Assembly (NCBI GenBank): GCA_045536365.1
Contig: JAZSNL010000014.1
Location: 19,473-83,472 of the forward strand
DNA: 64,000 nt
Direction: 5' to 3'
DNA from: Bacilli bacterium
GTDB taxonomy: Bacteria; Bacillota_I; Bacilli_A; ML615J-28; CAG-313
The position numbers and the translations under genes were made by a program. Positions 1 through 8,626 of this stretch are shown in pieces. Below the pieces are notes generated by a model that saw only the letters and a list, made by a program, of their open reading frames with translations, was not told where the DNA came from and made no database searches. Within the stretch, counting starts at the first letter, position 1, and every line of letters starts with the position of its first letter.

Positions 1-246
1 ACAGGTTATACTCTTGCTTTAGTAGTTGGAGCACTTAAAAAACGTGGAGCAGCAAGTGTTGAAGTTGCAACTTTATTAGATAAACCAGCCGGAAGAAAGG
101 ATTCTTCTGTAAATCCTAAATATATTGGTCACACTATTGAAAACCAATTTGTAGTAGGATTTGGTTTAGATTATGATGGATATTATCGCAATCTACCTTA
201 TATTGGTATTTTAAAAGAATCTGTATATAAAAAGAGCAGTAATTAA
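1..246 (+). CDS. hpt: hypoxanthine phosphoribosyltransferase, C-terminal fragment (gene begins upstream of window)
   Basis: Open frame runs off the 5' edge and ends ...FVVGFGLDYDGYYRNLPYIGILKESVYKKSSN. This matches the conserved C-terminal region of type I PRTases/HPRT. Stop TAA at 244-246. Confidence 0.8.
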   Translation, partial: TGYTLALVVGALKKRGAASVEVATLLDKPAGRKDSSVNPKYIGHTIENQFVVGFGLDYDGYYRNLPYIGILKESVYKKSSN

Positions 247-260
247 TACTGCTCTTTTTT
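231..260. terminator. bidirectional intrinsic terminator shared by hpt (+) and the HD-domain gene (-)
   Basis: Hairpin aaagagcagta-attaa-tactgctcttt followed by a T-run. Both convergent genes stop inside or at the hairpin. Confidence 0.6.
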
Positions 261-912
261 ATATAATTTCTTGTTCATTAATTAATAATTTAAATTCAAG
301 TCCAAAATATTTTGTCGCTTCCTTACATAAATTCATACGAGATAAGAAAATTTCAAAATATTCAATTATTGGGCAAATACTAGTATCAATAGTTAATGTT
401 AAAGTTAAAGTTTTTTCAACTTTATCTATTGATACAATACTTTTTATAGCAGCATAATTAACACGATTATGAATATCATTAATATCTGCATTAGGACGTA
501 CTCTGTTTCTTCTAACATCAGTTTTATCAGCAATTATTAATGCTGAAGAAATTACATTTACAGGATAAGCTGATGATTCATCATGATTTCCTATTGCAGA
601 AACAACTTTTGCAATATCAACTGGATCCATTCCTAATCTTGTTAGAATATTAAAAGCCATTAATGCACCTGATTTTGCATGTTCATCACGATTTACCGCA
701 TTTCCTATGTCATGCATATATGCAGCTATTTTACCTAATTCAATGGTATGTTCATCATATCCTAAAGTTTCTAAAATATATTCAGTAACTTTTACACAAC
801 GATATAAATGATTATAGGCATGTTCAGTATACCCTACTTCTTCTAGATATTGATCAGCATATTCAATATAAGTATTAATTTCACTGTTTTTCTTTATATC
901 ATTAAATTTCAT
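259..912 (-). CDS. HD-domain metal-dependent phosphohydrolase
   Basis: 217 aa. H..HDIGN motif (AAYMHDIGN) and further His/Asp metal ligands typical of the HD superfamily. Confidence 0.75.
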   Translation of the reverse strand: MKFNDIKKNSEINTYIEYADQYLEEVGYTEHAYNHLYRCVKVTEYILETLGYDEHTIELGKIAAYMHDIGNAVNRDEHAKSGALMAFNILTRLGMDPVDIAKVVSAIGNHDESSAYPVNVISSALIIADKTDVRRNRVRPNADINDIHNRVNYAAIKSIVSIDKVEKTLTLTLTIDTSICPIIEYFEIFLSRMNLCKEATKYFGLEFKLLINEQEII

Positions 913-1856
913 AGATTCTCCTTGTTTTTAAACCAATTTACCGTTTTTTCAATTGTTTTCTCAAATGGAGTATGTTGATAATTTAAATCTCTTTTTGCTT
1001 TAGAACAATCATATTCAGGATTTGTTTTTAATAATTTAAATACAAGTGGTGATAAATAAGGAACAAAAGGAATACCTAACCATACTAAAAACATTGGTAA
1101 TTTTGGTACTTTTCTATTTACCCCAATAGCTTTATTAGTTAAGGAATACATTTTATATACACTTACTATTTCCCCTGACAAGATATAATCATCTTTATAG
1201 TCAGAATTTGCTAAATTTATAATAGCTTCATTAACATCATCAACATCAACAAAATTATATCCTCCTTTAATACCAAATTGCATTTTCATATCAATACTAT
1301 CTTGTACCATGCTACCGATTGCAGAAGGTTTCCAGTCATTAGGTCCTATTACTGCAGATGGATAAACAATAGCAGCATTAAAATCAGGATTTTGTTTTAT
1401 TAATTCTTTAAGATACGCAGTTGCAAGTGCTTTTGATTTACCATAGTTACCTTCAATTTTATTAATATCAATATATTCAGGCTCTTTTATGTATTCATTT
1501 TTCTTCATTTCTAAAGCGTCTACACTACTACAAAAAATATATTTCTTAACTTTTTTATTTAAACAAATATTAGCTATTAAATTTGCACCTTCATAATTAA
1601 TTTTATATACTTGTTCTTTATTCTTATTTTTTATATCAATTATTCCAGCTAAATGAATTACTATATCACTTGATGTAATATGAGTATTTAAAAATTTTTC
1701 ATTAAAGATATTTCCTACACAATATTCAATTGGTAATTTTTCAATTGATCTATCTATTTTTCGTACTAATACTTTTACTTCTTTATTTAAAGATATTAAT
1801 TTTCGTACTAGATTGTTTCCAATATGTCCTGTTGCGCCAGTGATAATGTATGCCAT
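909..1856 (-). CDS. NAD(P)-dependent epimerase/dehydratase family protein (extended SDR)
   Basis: 315 aa. N-terminal Rossmann motif ITGATGHIGNNLV, and YxxxK-type active-site region. Overlaps neighbours by 4 nt and 1 nt. Confidence 0.7.
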   Translation of the reverse strand: MAYIITGATGHIGNNLVRKLISLNKEVKVLVRKIDRSIEKLPIEYCVGNIFNEKFLNTHITSSDIVIHLAGIIDIKNKNKEQVYKINYEGANLIANICLNKKVKKYIFCSSVDALEMKKNEYIKEPEYIDINKIEGNYGKSKALATAYLKELIKQNPDFNAAIVYPSAVIGPNDWKPSAIGSMVQDSIDMKMQFGIKGGYNFVDVDDVNEAIINLANSDYKDDYILSGEIVSVYKMYSLTNKAIGVNRKVPKLPMFLVWLGIPFVPYLSPLVFKLLKTNPEYDCSKAKRDLNYQHTPFEKTIEKTVNWFKNKENL

Positions 1857-2992
1857 TATTTTTTACCTAATGCAGCAGTAATTTGTGCATTTGCAGTTTC
1901 TAAATCTTTTCTGATACTTATTTGTTGAGGACAAGCTTTTTCACATTTACCACATTTAATACATAAATCTGGTCCTTCGTTTTTACTCATCATATCATTC
2001 CAACCATATCTAACTACATTTGCGTTTTCAAATTTATAATAAGTATTCCATAATTTAAATACTCTAGGAATATTTACTCCTTTAGGACAAGGCATACAAT
2101 AACGACAATTTGTGCAATTATTTTTTATTCTTAAAGTAAGTTTACTAACTACTTCATCTATTACTTCATTATCTTCTTTTGTTAATGGTTTATAATTATT
2201 AAAAGTATTAATATTATCTTTTACTTGATCAAAATTTGACATTCCACTTAAAATAACTTTAATATTAGGAAATTGAGCTACCCATCTTAAAGCCCAAGAA
2301 GCAGTGCTCATATTTGGTTCTCTTTCAGATAATAAACAATTAATATCTTCAGGAAGACTTGCAAGAGTTCCACCTTTAATAGGTTCCATTATAACTAATG
2401 GAATGCCTTTTTCTTCAGCTAATCTATATCCTTTGATTCCTGCTTGTTCTTCTGTATCAGTATAATTAAATTGAATTTGACAAAAATCCCAATCATAATA
2501 ATTAATCATCTCTTCAAATACTTCATAAGAATCATGGAAAGAAAAACCTAAATATTTAATTTTTCCTTGTTTTTTTAATTCAATTAAATGACTTAATAAA
2601 TTTTCTCTTTTTACTTTTTCAAATTGAATCTTATTCATTGAATGCAATAAATAAAAATCAATATATTCTTTATCAACTCTTTTTAATTGATTTTCAAACA
2701 TTTGCTTTACTTCTTCTAAATTATTAACAGCCCACACAGGAAGCTTTGTTGCAAGAAAATAAGAATCACGAGGATACTTATTTAATACTCTTCCTACAAA
2801 AGGTTCACTTTCTCCACCATGATATGGAAAAGCAGTGTCATAATAATTTACACCAGATTGATAAGCATAATCAATCATTTTTTCAGCTAATAATTCATCA
2901 ATTTTTCCATCACTAGTTAATGGTAATCTCATAGTACCAAAACCTAATAATGAAGTTTTAATATTTAATTTTTCTAAATGACGATATTCCAT
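1856..2992 (-). CDS. aldo/keto reductase with C-terminal 4Fe-4S ferredoxin-type domain
   Basis: 378 aa. AKR TIM-barrel motifs in the N-terminal 300 aa. C-terminus carries two Cys clusters (CTNCRYCMPCP ... CIKCGKCEKACP), i.e. CxxCxxCxxxCP x2. Confidence 0.8.
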   Translation of the reverse strand: MEYRHLEKLNIKTSLLGFGTMRLPLTSDGKIDELLAEKMIDYAYQSGVNYYDTAFPYHGGESEPFVGRVLNKYPRDSYFLATKLPVWAVNNLEEVKQMFENQLKRVDKEYIDFYLLHSMNKIQFEKVKRENLLSHLIELKKQGKIKYLGFSFHDSYEVFEEMINYYDWDFCQIQFNYTDTEEQAGIKGYRLAEEKGIPLVIMEPIKGGTLASLPEDINCLLSEREPNMSTASWALRWVAQFPNIKVILSGMSNFDQVKDNINTFNNYKPLTKEDNEVIDEVVSKLTLRIKNNCTNCRYCMPCPKGVNIPRVFKLWNTYYKFENANVVRYGWNDMMSKNEGPDLCIKCGKCEKACPQQISIRKDLETANAQITAALGKK

Positions 2993-3001
2993 TTTATACC
3001 T

Positions 3002-4477
3002 CTAATATAATAATTTATTATTTTGAACAGGTTCCATTGTCACATTAATTCTTAATTTCTTTAAAGTATTTGTCTCTTCTGAACTTAACATAACACTTGA
3101 ATGTAATTCAGCACCTTTTAATTTTTCTAATTGATTAAGTGCAAGTTCTGCAGCAGGGTTTGTTGATGCAGTAATCGCAAGCGCAATTAAAACATCTAAT
3201 AAATTTAATCTTGAAGATGAACTATGTAGTTTATCTTTTTTTAATTCCTGAATAGGATTTATTAAAGAAACTGATATTAAATCAAGTTCATCAGGTAATT
3301 TTGCATAGTGTTTTAAAACATTGATAATTGCAGCAGCTGATGAAGATAATAAACTAGATTTTTTACCAGTTATGATCTTTTTATTTTTTAATTCTATCGC
3401 AACAACTGGAGTTTTATATTCTTCACTTTTCTTTATTGCTGCAGCAACACAACGTCGATTCTCAACAGAAATATTTAATTCCTTCATAATAACCGAAATT
3501 TTATCAACACATTCAGCGTTCAACTTACCAGCTTTAACTGCGCATAAAGAATCTAAATATCTTCTTATAATTTCTTGTTTGCTAGATTCACAAACACTTG
3601 CTTCATCTTTTATCGCATCACCAACCATGTTAACACCCATATCAGTCGGTGAAGCATATGGACAAGTTTCATAAATTCTTTCAAAAATCTTACTTAATAC
3701 AGGATATACTTCAATATCTCTATTATAAGTTGTAGTTTCTACACCGTATTTTCTTAAATGATAATAATCAATCATATTAACATCATTTAAATCAACCGTT
3801 GCGGCTTCATATGCCAAATTAACAGGATGTTTTAAAGGTAAATTCCATACAGGGAAAGTTTCAAACTTTGCATAACCGGATTTAATTCCTCTTATGTTAT
3901 CATGATATAGTTGAGATAAACAAGTTGCCATCTTACCGCTTCCAGGACCTGGTGCAGTAACAACAACAATTGGTTTATTAGTTTCAACGTAATCATTTTT
4001 ACCAAATCCATCTTCACTTAAGATTTTATCAATATTATGAGGATATCCAATAATACGATAATGTTTATATGTTTTAATTCCCAAGTAACCTAATTTAGTA
4101 ATATATGAATCAACAATAGGTTGATTTTCATAATGTGTAATAACAACACTATTAATAGGTAATTCAAATTTTTCAAATTTATCTATTAATCTTAAAATAT
4201 CATCTTCATAAGTAATACCTAAATCACTTCTTATCTTTGAACCTTGAATATCATTTGCGTTAATAACTAATACCATTTCAACTTTCTTTTTAAGTGTTAG
4301 TAATACTTTTACTTTAGAGTCAACTTCATATCCATTAAATACCCTTGAAGCATGATAATCATCAAATATTTTACCACCTATTTCAAGATATAATTTACCT
4401 TCAAATTGATTAACTCTTTCTAATATTTTATCGCTTTGTAATTTTAAGTATTTTTTATAATCAAATGATTTACCCAT
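3002..4477 (-). CDS. DUF1846/UPF0371 family protein
   Basis: 491 aa. N-terminus DYKKYLKLQSDKILERVNQFEGKLYLEIGGK and internal VVTAPGPGSGKMATC, KFETFPVWNLP and SPTDMGVNMVG blocks match the conserved UPF0371 family of Firmicutes. Confidence 0.7.
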   Translation of the reverse strand: MGKSFDYKKYLKLQSDKILERVNQFEGKLYLEIGGKIFDDYHASRVFNGYEVDSKVKVLLTLKKKVEMVLVINANDIQGSKIRSDLGITYEDDILRLIDKFEKFELPINSVVITHYENQPIVDSYITKLGYLGIKTYKHYRIIGYPHNIDKILSEDGFGKNDYVETNKPIVVVTAPGPGSGKMATCLSQLYHDNIRGIKSGYAKFETFPVWNLPLKHPVNLAYEAATVDLNDVNMIDYYHLRKYGVETTTYNRDIEVYPVLSKIFERIYETCPYASPTDMGVNMVGDAIKDEASVCESSKQEIIRRYLDSLCAVKAGKLNAECVDKISVIMKELNISVENRRCVAAAIKKSEEYKTPVVAIELKNKKIITGKKSSLLSSSAAAIINVLKHYAKLPDELDLISVSLINPIQELKKDKLHSSSSRLNLLDVLIALAITASTNPAAELALNQLEKLKGAELHSSVMLSSEETNTLKKLRINVTMEPVQNNKLLY

Positions 4478-4485
4478 AAAATCAC

Positions 4486-6513
4486 CTACTGTATTTCTAT
4501 TTTTTTAGTTTCAAAATCTTTTAAATATAATTCTAAATCTTCTTTTGTTTTATATATTATCTCTAAACAATGTAGTTGATCATATTTAATTTGATCTAAC
4601 ACATCAAAATGTTTAGTAAAATCAATAGTTCCACTACCCATTCTTCCATGTTTATCAGCTGTAGAATCATTATCACTATAATGAATATGATATAAATAAT
4701 CTTTTAATAAAGTTAAATACATAGTATCATCATATTCACTTACATGTGCATGACCTGTATCAAAAATGAATTTTAAATTATTAACATTCACTTCTTCGAT
4801 AATAAATAATATTTCTTCTGGTGAATAACCAATTTCACCATCACCAGGCATATTTTCAATCATTAAATTCATATTATATAGATTTGCATATTCAGCTAAT
4901 TCTTTAGTAACTTTAATACAATGTTTAATAATATCATCACGATTATTTTCTTTATCATACCATCCTAAATGTAATGTTAATTTTGTAACATTAAACTTTG
5001 CTGCATAATCAATTGCATCTTTTAATATTTTAACATTTTCTAAATAATTATCTAAATCACAAATACTATATCTTTTACCATGTGGTAAATGTAAAACTCT
5101 TTCTAAATAAGGATATTTTTCTAATAAACTATTAATTGAACTAGTATACTCTTCAAACTGACCTTCTTTTGTATGAATTGGATAGAATATTTCAATACCA
5201 CTAAATAAATTTTGATCAAATAAAGAATAATAAGATTCAATTTCTTCCTTGCTTCTTAATTGATTAATAGTAAAACACATCTTATCCTTTACTAATAATT
5301 TATTTATTGCAGAAATTCGATCACTCATAGGAGGATGAGAATATGATAATTTAACAATTAATGGATGTGGATTCAAATCAGCTAAATTATTTCTCGCAAG
5401 TTTTTTTAATCCAGTTATTAAATATCTTCCATAACCTTGTTCACATGCAAAACGATCCGCTGCATATTCATATTTTCTAGATAAATAACTAGTTCCCATC
5501 CCAACTACCGGCATAATAAAATCAAAAACTACTTCGGTTAAAATAATATAAATAAAACCATAATTTAATCCATCAAAGCCAAAATCAGTAAATAATCCTT
5601 TACAATAAGTCATTAACCAAATTAAAACAACAATAATAACAATATTTAATAAACTAGTAAATAAATTCTTAGTTGTATCTTTATGTTTACCATGACCAAG
5701 TTCATGAGCAAATACAGCTACTATCTCATCTTCACTCATAATATTAATTAAAGTATCATATAAAACAATTGTTTTAAATTTACCTAATCCAGTAAAATAC
5801 GCATTTGCTTTAGTAGATCTCTTTGATCCATCCATAACAAAAATATCTTTTACTTTATAACCATTATCAGTTAATAATTTTTCTAATTTAGATCTTAAAC
5901 TTCCTTCTTCTAAACTAACAAACTTATTATTAAGTTTTGCAAATTTAGAATTAAACATAAAGATAAAGATTAAAATTGCAAATACTATAGCTGTAAAAAT
6001 GATTAATGTCCATACACCAAAACTATCATGAAGAACAGCAAATAATTCAATAATACCTAATGAAATTAATATTTCAAAAATAATACCTTTAATTGTATCA
6101 CCAACGAAAGTCTTTTTATTAGTTTTATTAAATCCATACTTTTCTTCTATTTTCATAATATCAATATATCTAAATATAATTCCTGGAATAATAAAAGCAA
6201 TCTCATAAACTAAAATAACCCAAATAGTTGTTAATTCAAAATCATCTTTGCCAGGTAATAAATTAACAAAGAAACTAAAAGATTTAGTTAAAAACAATAT
6301 TAAGATAATAATAACATGAACTATTAAATTAATAAAAGTCAATTTACTTTTATCATGATTATATGATAACCATTTCTTATAAGTTGCTTCATCATAAATT
6401 TCTTTTACATTATCAGGAATAGGTCTATTAACAGACTTACTTTGTAAATTATGTAATAATGCATTATAAATGAAAGAAACAACTACTAAACTACAAACTA
6501 TAATATAAAACAT
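4486..6513 (-). CDS. fusion protein: N-terminal M48 (Ste24/HtpX-like) zinc metallopeptidase + C-terminal xylose-isomerase-like TIM barrel (sugar phosphate isomerase/epimerase, AP-endonuclease-2 fold)
   Basis: 675 aa. Multiple N-terminal TM helices. HEXXH zinc motif AHELGHGKH plus downstream E, and M48 C-terminal block ...YSHPPMSDRISAI. The C-terminal ~270 aa carries TIM-barrel motifs (HLPHG, LMIENMPG, FIFDTGHAH, HIHYSDND) like endonuclease IV / xylose isomerase-like enzymes. Confidence 0.65.
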   Translation of the reverse strand: MFYIIVCSLVVVSFIYNALLHNLQSKSVNRPIPDNVKEIYDEATYKKWLSYNHDKSKLTFINLIVHVIIILILFLTKSFSFFVNLLPGKDDFELTTIWVILVYEIAFIIPGIIFRYIDIMKIEEKYGFNKTNKKTFVGDTIKGIIFEILISLGIIELFAVLHDSFGVWTLIIFTAIVFAILIFIFMFNSKFAKLNNKFVSLEEGSLRSKLEKLLTDNGYKVKDIFVMDGSKRSTKANAYFTGLGKFKTIVLYDTLINIMSEDEIVAVFAHELGHGKHKDTTKNLFTSLLNIVIIVVLIWLMTYCKGLFTDFGFDGLNYGFIYIILTEVVFDFIMPVVGMGTSYLSRKYEYAADRFACEQGYGRYLITGLKKLARNNLADLNPHPLIVKLSYSHPPMSDRISAINKLLVKDKMCFTINQLRSKEEIESYYSLFDQNLFSGIEIFYPIHTKEGQFEEYTSSINSLLEKYPYLERVLHLPHGKRYSICDLDNYLENVKILKDAIDYAAKFNVTKLTLHLGWYDKENNRDDIIKHCIKVTKELAEYANLYNMNLMIENMPGDGEIGYSPEEILFIIEEVNVNNLKFIFDTGHAHVSEYDDTMYLTLLKDYLYHIHYSDNDSTADKHGRMGSGTIDFTKHFDVLDQIKYDQLHCLEIIYKTKEDLELYLKDFETKKIEIQ

Positions 6514-6525
6514 AAAATCCCTCTT

Positions 6526-7461
6526 TTATCTAAAGTCTAATACTTGATTTTTTATTGGATCAATAGGTGTAATTTTAATAGGCATAAAAACTAGTTCTTC
6601 TTCTTGATATTCTTCCGAAAACTGATAACTAATTCTTGCGGTTAAATGAATCCATGAATTATTCTTTAATTTTAATCCCATTAAATTATCACACAAATGT
6701 CCATATAATTGAATATCATCACTACAACAAGTCATAACTTTTCTACCAGCTATAAAAGTACCTTCTGGTAACTGTTTTGATAATATTACCATTGCATTTA
6801 ATTCAACAACTTTTCCATCATATCTTTCTTTATTATCAAAAGTATCAATATAGAAACGACCAAAATCTTGGTCTTCAATCTTAATCACTTCAGCATCAAT
6901 ATCATAAGGAAGAGGATCTTCATAAGCTTCCATAGCTTCAAAATTCTCATCCATTATTAAGATTTGCCCTTGTGAATTAATCATCTTTAAATTAACTTGA
7001 TAAGGAGTCAAATCCTGAGGATTATTAACCCTATTAAAAACAACAATATCAGATACCTTCATCATATCAACTAATCTTTGACGCATATTATTGAAATAAA
7101 TACCAAAAGTTGTAAAATCAATAAATAATAATAATTGTGCTAAACGACAAACACCAGGGAATTTTAAATTATTAACATCCCACATACCATTCATTTCAAT
7201 TACAATACGATTAGGCTTATGTTCTTTAATAGCTTTATCAAAAATCTTACTACTGAAATCTTTTTCTGAAGATATTCTAAATAAAACAATGTTATTTTGA
7301 ACTAAAAGCTCTTTAGGATATTCAACCTCTCCTTCTTCACACAAAACAAGTAATGTTTTTCCTCTACTTCCAAAACCATCATTTTCAAAAGTATTAATAA
7401 TAAATGATGTTTTACCAGAATCAAGAAAACCATTAATAATAAACGTAGGTATTTGTCCCAT
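6526..7461 (-). CDS. COG0523/CobW-like G3E GTPase paralog (degenerate, lacks CxCC metal motif)
   Basis: 311 aa. Walker A GFLDSGKTS. CobW-like architecture, but the canonical GCICC motif is replaced (LVLCEEGE). Start is 2 nt after the upstream COG0523 gene. Confidence 0.55.
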   Translation of the reverse strand: MGQIPTFIINGFLDSGKTSFIINTFENDGFGSRGKTLLVLCEEGEVEYPKELLVQNNIVLFRISSEKDFSSKIFDKAIKEHKPNRIVIEMNGMWDVNNLKFPGVCRLAQLLLFIDFTTFGIYFNNMRQRLVDMMKVSDIVVFNRVNNPQDLTPYQVNLKMINSQGQILIMDENFEAMEAYEDPLPYDIDAEVIKIEDQDFGRFYIDTFDNKERYDGKVVELNAMVILSKQLPEGTFIAGRKVMTCCSDDIQLYGHLCDNLMGLKLKNNSWIHLTARISYQFSEEYQEEELVFMPIKITPIDPIKNQVLDFR

Positions 7462-7462
7462 A

Positions 7463-8626
7463 TTATCCTCTTAAATTAAATAACTTTTCGATTTCAGCAG
7501 TTTTAATTTTAGAACCAATAACACAGAATCTACCAGTATAATCAGGTTGACCAAATCTAATTTCAAAATCACCTGATACAAAATCATAATAATACCATTT
7601 TGCGTTATCAGAAGCAGCAACAATACCTTTTGATCTTAATACCATACCATACTTTTCTTCATTACTTAATTCAGTTAAAATATATTCAAGTTCTAAATAA
7701 GTATAACTTCTTGCAGTTTCAACACCAAAACTTGTAAATACTTCTTCAGCATGATGATGATGTTCATGTCCACATCCGCATTCCTCATCATGATGATGAT
7801 GTCCACAACAACATTCTCCTTCATGATGATGTTCATGGTGTCCACAACATTCTCCTTCGTGATGGTGTTCATGGTGTCCACAACATTCTCCTTCGTGATG
7901 GTGTTCATGGTGTCCACAACATTCTCCTTCGTGATGGTGTTCATGGTGTCCACAACATTCTCCTTCGTGATGATGTTCGTGTTCTTCTTTTAATTCATTT
8001 AATAATTTGTCTTTTAATGATGTTTTTTCTTCAAGTAATGCAAGTAATTGTTTACTATCTAAATTAAAAATACTAGTTGTGATAATATTTGCATGATCAT
8101 TTTGTTGTTTTAAAAGTTCAATTGTTTGATTTAAAACATCATTTTGCATTTTATCAGTTTTACTAATAATTATTGTGTTAGCAGTTCTTACTTGATCATC
8201 AAAGAATTCACCGAAGTTTTTCATATAAACTTTACATTTAGGGCCATCTACTACTGTTGCAAGAACATTAACTTCGATTCCTTCAATTTCGTTTACCGCT
8301 TTAACAATGTCTGATAATTTACCTACACCAGATGGTTCAATAACGATTCTTTCTGGTGAATAAGTTTCAATTACTTCTTTCATTGATGTCGCAAAGTCGC
8401 CAACTAATGAACAGCATATGCAACCTGAATTAATTTCTTTAATATTAACACCTGATTCTTTTAAGAAAGAACCATCTATTCCTATTTCTCCAAATTCATT
8501 TTCGATTAAAACTAATTTTTGTCCTTGATAAGCTGATTCAAATAATTTTTTAATAACTGTTGTTTTTCCAGCTCCAAGGAAACCTGATATAATATCTACT
8601 TTAATCATATTTTCACTTCCATTCAT
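7463..8626 (-). CDS. COG0523 family zinc metallochaperone GTPase (CobW/YciC-like) with internal His/Cys-rich tandem repeat
   Basis: 387 aa. Walker A GFLGAGKTT, CxCC motif GCICCSL and the ENEFGE block. A linker of five tandem HHEHHHEGECCG repeats sits before the C-terminal CobW_C-like domain. Confidence 0.85.
   Translation of the reverse strand: MNGSENMIKVDIISGFLGAGKTTVIKKLFESAYQGQKLVLIENEFGEIGIDGSFLKESGVNIKEINSGCICCSLVGDFATSMKEVIETYSPERIVIEPSGVGKLSDIVKAVNEIEGIEVNVLATVVDGPKCKVYMKNFGEFFDDQVRTANTIIISKTDKMQNDVLNQTIELLKQQNDHANIITTSIFNLDSKQLLALLEEKTSLKDKLLNELKEEHEHHHEGECCGHHEHHHEGECCGHHEHHHEGECCGHHEHHHEGECCGHHEHHHEGECCCGHHHHDEECGCGHEHHHHAEEVFTSFGVETARSYTYLELEYILTELSNEEKYGMVLRSKGIVAASDNAKWYYYDFVSGDFEIRFGQPDYTGRFCVIGSKIKTAEIEKLFNLRG
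7765..7990. repeat. 36-nt tandem repeat array (about 6 copies, first and last diverged), in-frame inside the COG0523 gene
   Basis: Four near-identical copies of gtgatggtgttcatggtgtccacaacattctccttc, flanked by diverged copies. Encodes (HHEHHHEGECCG)n on the minus strand. Also generates the spurious ORFs at 7693-7953 (-) and 7751-7993 (+). Confidence 0.9.

Noticed and set aside
3321-3674. 117-aa + strand ORF inside the DUF1846 gene
   Set aside because: It is antisense to a well-supported conserved CDS, with a low-complexity translation and no RBS. Chance ORF.
6526-7461. Calling the CxCC-less COG0523 paralog a pseudogene
   Set aside because: The ORF is full-length with an intact Walker A and conserved spacing, and has no frameshift or stop. 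It is more likely a diverged functional paralog than a decayed gene.
7693-7993. ORFs 7693-7953 (-) and 7751-7993 (+), with periodic MDTMNTITKENVV / FMVSTTFSF translations, and a CRISPR-like regular 36-nt repeat
   Set aside because: They are alternative-frame or antisense readings of the tandem repeat inside the COG0523 gene. The array has no unique spacers (the repeats are contiguous) and lies in-frame in a gene with clear GTPase motifs on both sides. It is neither a CRISPR array nor independent genes.
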